In this document: one piece after another, positions 59,277 to 64,000 of the stretch
How positions within the stretch are numbered: the first letter of the stretch is position 1
Layout: each line of letters opens with the position of its first letter
Assembly: GCA_964644695.1 (NCBI GenBank)
Contig: CAZXWN010000002.1
Location: 310,001 to 374,000, forward strand
Reading direction: 5' to 3'
From: an uncultured bacterium
GTDB taxonomy: Bacteria; UBP4; UBA4092
Length of the DNA stretch: 64,000 nucleotides
The notes under the pieces: model-generated
Told to the model about the DNA's origin: nothing
What the model saw: only the letters and a program-made list of their open reading frames with translations
Databases searched by the model: none
Made by a program: the position numbers and the translations under genes

Positions 59277-60653
59277 TTAAACAGTTCCTTTGATTTGCTC
59301 AATCAGTTGTTGTACAACGCGTTTGAAGTTGGCATCCATTTCCATGTCTTCATTGACCTTTTCACAGGCATGCATGATGGTGGTATGGTCACGGCCTCCA
59401 AAGGCTTCACCTATTTCCGGGAAGGACTTTTGAGTCATTTGTCTGGATAAGAACATGGCTACCTGCCGGGGTTCAACAACGCCTTTGGTTCTTCGTTTTC
59501 CCAGAAGGTCATCTTGTGAAATCTGGTAGTAAGTACAAACAGCATCCTGGATGTAGGAAATATCAATGACTTTTTCTTTACGCATTTCCATCAGGTCAGC
59601 CAGGACTCGTTTAGCCAGGTCCAGATTCATATGGCTTCCGGTCAGACTGGCGTGTGCTGCGACTCGAATCAAACTGCCTTCCAATTGTCGGATGTTGGAC
59701 ACAACATTATCAGCAATGAACATCATGACATCATGGGGAACCAGTAACTTTTCCTGCTCAGCTTTTTTCTGAAGGATGGCTATACGGGTTTCCAAATCAG
59801 GAGCCTGTATGTCAGCAATCAAACCCCATTCAAACCTGGATAGTAATCGCTCCTGTAAAGTAGGTATTTCTTTTGGAGGCCGATCAGAACTGACTACGAT
59901 TTGTTTATGAGCCCCATGAAGAGCATTAAAGGTATGGAAGAATTCTTCTTGTGTTCCCTCTTTACCTGCGAGGAAATGGATATCATCAATCAGAAGAATA
60001 TCAATGTTCCGATAAATGGCTTGGAAATCCTGTCTCCGGGAATGTGTTACCGCGGTAATAAAAGCATTCATAAACTGCTCTGCCGAAGTATAAAGAACTC
60101 GGGAGGCTTTTCCACTTTTCATGGCCCCGTGACAGATGGCATGGAGCAGGTGAGTTTTTCCCAGACCGACTCCTCCATAGAGGAATAACGGATTATAAGC
60201 TTTTGCCGGATTTTCAGATACAGCGAGTGATGCTGCGTGAGCCAGGCGATTATTGCCACCGACCACGAAGGTATCAAAGGTATATTTGGGATTCAGATTG
60301 TTGGCTGCCGGGATGAAACCTGCCAAAGGATCATTTGAAGTTACTTCAACAGCCGGTTTACGATTTGGAACGGGTGTTGGTGCTGGTGCCGGTTCTGTCT
60401 CTGAACGCAAGGTGATTTGGCAGGCGTCCCCTGTGACTTCTTCCATGGCACGGAGGATATCTTCCATAAAATGCGCCGAGATAAAATCCTTGAAATAACG
60501 GTTTGGAACATTGAGAACTAAACCTTTCTCAATGGTTCCTGACAGTTTTACCGGGCGTAACCATTCTTGTACCAGTTCACTACTCAAGCGATTTTCTAAA
60601 AGTGCTAGAGTTTGTATCCAGGCTTCTGTTTCATCAATAACACGGGTATTCAT
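59277..60653 (-). CDS. dnaA: Chromosomal replication initiator protein
   Basis: YTFDTFV, YNPLFLYGGVGLGKTHL, QEEFFHTFN, FGGRDHTT. Confidence 0.97.
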   Translation of the reverse strand: MNTRVIDETEAWIQTLALLENRLSSELVQEWLRPVKLSGTIEKGLVLNVPNRYFKDFISAHFMEDILRAMEEVTGDACQITLRSETEPAPAPTPVPNRKPAVEVTSNDPLAGFIPAANNLNPKYTFDTFVVGGNNRLAHAASLAVSENPAKAYNPLFLYGGVGLGKTHLLHAICHGAMKSGKASRVLYTSAEQFMNAFITAVTHSRRQDFQAIYRNIDILLIDDIHFLAGKEGTQEEFFHTFNALHGAHKQIVVSSDRPPKEIPTLQERLLSRFEWGLIADIQAPDLETRIAILQKKAEQEKLLVPHDVMMFIADNVVSNIRQLEGSLIRVAAHASLTGSHMNLDLAKRVLADLMEMRKEKVIDISYIQDAVCTYYQISQDDLLGKRRTKGVVEPRQVAMFLSRQMTQKSFPEIGEAFGGRDHTTIMHACEKVNEDMEMDANFKRVVQQLIEQIKGTV

Positions 60654-61260
60654 TTATCTTTATCCTTCAGGTCGTACGAACCGTTAGAGTCGAGATATCT
60701 CCCTGCTATTTAGCAGAAGAGACACCTTTACCCTCTTGGATAAGACGTTGGCAAATCGTGATTTAGCCCGTTTGGGGGCTGGGAGGTTGCACGTCAGCCG
60801 GTTTATTCGCAATTTATGTATGAAGACAGGTAACTCAAGGCTGTTTTCATCGTTCAACCAGTTCTGACCCCAACGCGGGTTATCAGAGTCTCGCATCTGA
60901 TAACGCTATTCACGATATCCCAAAACCTTATCCAAGGTTGTAATGGGGAAGTCTAACATAGGAAAAATGGATATTTCAAGGTTTATTTTTCTGCAAAAGT
61001 GTGCTAATTCAGTTTCGAAAAATAAAAATATAACTATAATTATATCAATGATTTATAAAAATCCAACAAAAAATGAATGGTGGGGGGAGCGTGGGGAGTG
61101 ATTCCCATCATCTGGGGATAGTGAAACACCGATTATTCAAGGATTTAAGAAACTGCGGAGTACCTTCTTGGCTTTGGGATGGGTGTTTGCCCTGCTATGC
61201 AAAGAAAACACTAGTAAACACTATAATTCCAGTCTCTTAAATTTGTTTTTTCCTTGATAA
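60654..61260. promoter_or_regulatory. dnaA upstream region; possible oriC or dnaA autoregulatory region
   Basis: Non-coding ~600 bp with imperfect DnaA-box-like 9-mers (TTATCCAAG twice, TTATTCGCA, TTATTCAAG, CTATTCACG) and an AT-rich tract at about 61015-61075; no perfect TTATCCACA. Confidence 0.4.
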
Positions 61261-61263
61261 ATC

Positions 61264-61312
61264 AACGAATAACTCACGGAGCTGCTCCGAGCAAGTCCGT
61301 AGCTGATTCGTT
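61264..61312. repeat. Dispersed palindromic element, degenerate copy C
   Basis: AACGAATAACTCACGGAGCTGCTCCGAGCAAGTCCGTAGCTGATTCGTT aligns without gaps to copy A. Confidence 0.75.
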
Positions 61313-61339
61313 TCTTCTTCGTTCATTTGGGGGGTGAAA

Positions 61340-62755
61340 TCAGTCAACGATACGGAATCGATCAAAGTGGCTGATGTAGTCATACCAGGGTTGTACCGGT
61401 TCTGGTTTTTGAATGAATTCAGCTGCCGCCTGACCCATGAGGATTGAGTGGTCCAGGTTGTTGTGATGATACAAACCCTGACGCCCTGTGGTGGTCAGAT
61501 TATTGATGGTGCGCAGCCAGGAAAAAATCCGATTCAATCGATTACGATATTCGAGGTCATAGACGGGGTAGGCGTTAGGGACACGGTAAATGGCGTAATC
61601 TTCTAAATCAGTGATTTGAACTAAATCTGTAGTTAAGAGGTCATCCGACATCAGGTCATTTAATTCCAGGTCGGTAGATTTCCATCGGCCCTCCGCACCT
61701 GCGCAGGTTATCTCTGCCACAATGGACGATTTTCCCGGAGGACACATTGCGGGGCTGAAGTTACCCGGAAGATGAAGCCGGGTGAAATGATAAGACTCTT
61801 CCGGAAAATACAACCAGTGGTCATCACTGATGAAGGGTTTACGCAGCATATAACAACCCAGGATGAGATTTCGATGACGAAGATTTCTTGCGGATTGTAT
61901 GATTTCATCATCATCTGGTTTCAAAAGTTTCACCAGTTCTGGGAGCGGAATAGTGGAAACAATCCGGTCTGGTGTAAAAGTCGTCGTTCCATTAGGGGTA
62001 TCACAAATGACCTGACGAACATCTGTTCCATATAAAGTCCGGTCAATCACCATCTCGGTAACTCGACTATTTAGGTGGATTCTGACACCGGCTTTTTGAG
62101 CCTTTTCTGCAAGGGCTGTCGGGATAGCACCAATTCCATTTCGGGGATAATAAAAATCCGAGACATAATTTTTATCAGGTCCCTGACTATTTTTAATCAG
62201 GATGTTTTTTAATGTATCTTTCAGTCCCTTTTGCGAGATGCGAACTTTAACGATATCTGCAGAAATTTCCTGAGGGTCGATTCCCCAGACTTTTCGGGCA
62301 TAGGGTAGAAAGAAAAAGTCACAGACCCCTTTTCCGAATTTTTGTTGGAGATAACCGGCATAGGAATTGATATCCGGGTTGTTCTTCCCCATATTCTTTG
62401 AGACAAATCCCCACATGAACTTAAACCAGAGCGACATGGGGAGACCTTTTAATAATTCGGAAGCCTGAAGAGGATATTGGAAATACCGGTTTTTGAGTCT
62501 CATCCGGCTTTGTCTGTGGACCAGATTGGATTCATCGCCACCCAGCTCCCGCATGAATTTCTCCACTTCTGGGAAATCTGAGTAGACTCGATGAGGGCCA
62601 ATATCAAATGTGAAGCCATTTTTATGGAAATTCCGGGCTAATCCACCCGATTCCGGCAGGGCTTCAACGATATCAACTTGATAGTGATTTTGTGCCAGTT
62701 CCAGCCCGCAGGCCAGTCCCGCCACACCGCCACCTAAGATTAAAACTTGTTTCAT
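61340..62755 (-). CDS. FAD-dependent oxidoreductase (protoporphyrinogen oxidase/UDP-galactopyranose mutase-like)
   Basis: GGGVAGL, FDIGPHR, AYPVY, GRQGLY..NNLDHS. Confidence 0.85.
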   Translation of the reverse strand: MKQVLILGGGVAGLACGLELAQNHYQVDIVEALPESGGLARNFHKNGFTFDIGPHRVYSDFPEVEKFMRELGGDESNLVHRQSRMRLKNRYFQYPLQASELLKGLPMSLWFKFMWGFVSKNMGKNNPDINSYAGYLQQKFGKGVCDFFFLPYARKVWGIDPQEISADIVKVRISQKGLKDTLKNILIKNSQGPDKNYVSDFYYPRNGIGAIPTALAEKAQKAGVRIHLNSRVTEMVIDRTLYGTDVRQVICDTPNGTTTFTPDRIVSTIPLPELVKLLKPDDDEIIQSARNLRHRNLILGCYMLRKPFISDDHWLYFPEESYHFTRLHLPGNFSPAMCPPGKSSIVAEITCAGAEGRWKSTDLELNDLMSDDLLTTDLVQITDLEDYAIYRVPNAYPVYDLEYRNRLNRIFSWLRTINNLTTTGRQGLYHHNNLDHSILMGQAAAEFIQKPEPVQPWYDYISHFDRFRIVD

Positions 62756-62849
62756 AAGGAATTATTTATTATCGCTTGAAAACAAAGTGATTTGATATTC
62801 AAAATATCATTAATATTACAACGAAAGGGGGATAAAGGCGGATAATTAC

Positions 62850-63530
62850 TTAATCTTTGAAACGATATTTCAAAAGGATACTGACGGCTTGAAAGAAATC
62901 CTTCCAGCCGATTTTTTTTCCTTCTTCAAAAGTACGCGCTGAATAGGTGACCGGGACTTCAATGATGTGATAGCCATTTTTCAGTATTTTCGCTGTCACT
63001 TCAGGGCAAAATTCAAATCGGGTGCAGGTGAGGGGAATGGATTTAATCACTTCGGTTCGGAAGGCTTTATATGCGGTTGCTTCATCGGTGATTTTCTGGC
63101 CATACAACAGACTGACCATGTGTGCTAAGAGAAAATTAGCGACTCGGTTTGGTAAACGCATTCCCGTGACTTTTCCCATGAACCGGGATCCAAAAGCCAC
63201 TTGTGTTTCTCCCTTGAGAATGGGTTCCAGTACTTTGGGAATTTCATCACTGTTATATTCCAGGTCAGAATCCTGAATGATGACGATATCACCCGTCACT
63301 TCAGCCAGTCCCGTTCGGATACTGGCACCTTTTCCCTGATTGATTGAATGATATAGAACCTTTGTGTCCGGTTTTGCTTCTTCTTGTTTCAATATCGACA
63401 ATGTTCCGTCTTTTGACCCATCATCTACCAGGATGAGTTCTTTATCCAAGGGTAATCGCCTCAGATTCTCCAACACCCGGGGTAATAGGATTTCTTCGTT
63501 ATATATCGGAACAATGATAGATATTTTCAT
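62850..63530 (-). CDS. Glycosyltransferase family 2 (polyprenol-phosphate glycosyltransferase-like)
   Basis: IVPIYNEE, VDDGSKDGT, NQGKGA, QDSDLEY, GSRF, EVPVTY..R. Confidence 0.92.
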   Translation of the reverse strand: MKISIIVPIYNEEILLPRVLENLRRLPLDKELILVDDGSKDGTLSILKQEEAKPDTKVLYHSINQGKGASIRTGLAEVTGDIVIIQDSDLEYNSDEIPKVLEPILKGETQVAFGSRFMGKVTGMRLPNRVANFLLAHMVSLLYGQKITDEATAYKAFRTEVIKSIPLTCTRFEFCPEVTAKILKNGYHIIEVPVTYSARTFEEGKKIGWKDFFQAVSILLKYRFKD

Positions 63531-63675
63531 GTCTTATAAATATTAAAGTTATGTCATCCCTTTGTCAAAAGAACATTGGATTACAAAAGGCTGTATGTTC
63601 TATTTGATTCAGGATTGCTGTGGAACGTGGCTGATAAATGTAAATGATTTTAGAAAAAATGAGGCGCAATAGAGG

Positions 63676-64000
63676 TTATCTTTTTTTGATATCCGTTTGC
63701 CATTTCTGGATTTTCATTAAAGCTTCAACCGGGGGGAGAATTGTCAAATCCAGGTTTTTGATTTCCTCAACGATGGGGTCTGGAGCTGTTTCGAAGAAGG
63801 TCAACTGGACGGTGGAGACAGAAGGACGAACCTGGTCTGCCGCTGGAATGTGGGTTTTGGCCAGCTCACTCTGGGCAGATTGAGAATATTTCTCCAAATC
63901 TGCTAACACTTCCTTGGCGCGTTGAATTACGAGTTCAGGAAGTCCCGCCAATCGCCCGACAGCAATACCATAGGAACGGTCACAGGATCCTTCAATTATC
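63676..64000 (-). CDS. mutS: DNA mismatch repair protein MutS, 3' end (partial)
   Basis: [32 protein letters not shown]...QLTFF...LDL..L.PVEAL C-terminal signature. Confidence 0.9.
   Translation of the reverse strand, partial: IIEGSCDRSYGIAVGRLAGLPELVIQRAKEVLADLEKYSQSAQSELAKTHIPAADQVRPSVSTVQLTFFETAPDPIVEEIKNLDLTILPPVEALMKIQKWQTDIKKR

Noticed and set aside
60684-60896. 70-aa ORF upstream of dnaA
   Set aside because: No RBS or family motif and not rpmH-like; the region is better explained as regulatory.

Overview
AT-rich bacterial chromosomal window of about 50 genes, mostly on the minus strand. The lineage is probably a candidate phylum: from recollection, the pilin family with a C-terminal YDP(T/S)NGTxSxG motif is expanded in Ca. 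Sumerlaeota/BRC1-like organisms, but this is unverified. Positions 1-15.5 kb hold a glycan-utilisation-like locus in which four GspG-like prepilins are interleaved with three ~950-aa GH20 hexosaminidase-like enzymes, followed by a Na+/solute symporter, an NAD-dependent epimerase and a DHDPS-family aldolase. The middle carries housekeeping and accessory genes: a GIY-YIG gene inside inverted repeats, a Pif1-like helicase, tRNA-Ser(CGA), tadA, dxr, miaB, a mannose-6-phosphate isomerase, three membrane glycosyltransferase-like proteins with TPRs and a fourth GH20. At 46.6-52.1 kb, a PafA-type phosphatase is divergent from a three-gene operon (P-loop protein, exported thermonuclease, polytopic membrane protein) in which the last two genes share a ~95-aa OB-fold-like domain. 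The right end has four tandem SGNH lipoproteins, thiC, gspG, dnaA with a long upstream intergenic region, and the 3' end of mutS. The best candidates for undescribed systems are the pilin/GH20 locus and the nuclease/OB-domain transporter operon. All calls come from manual motif recognition; no database searches were run.
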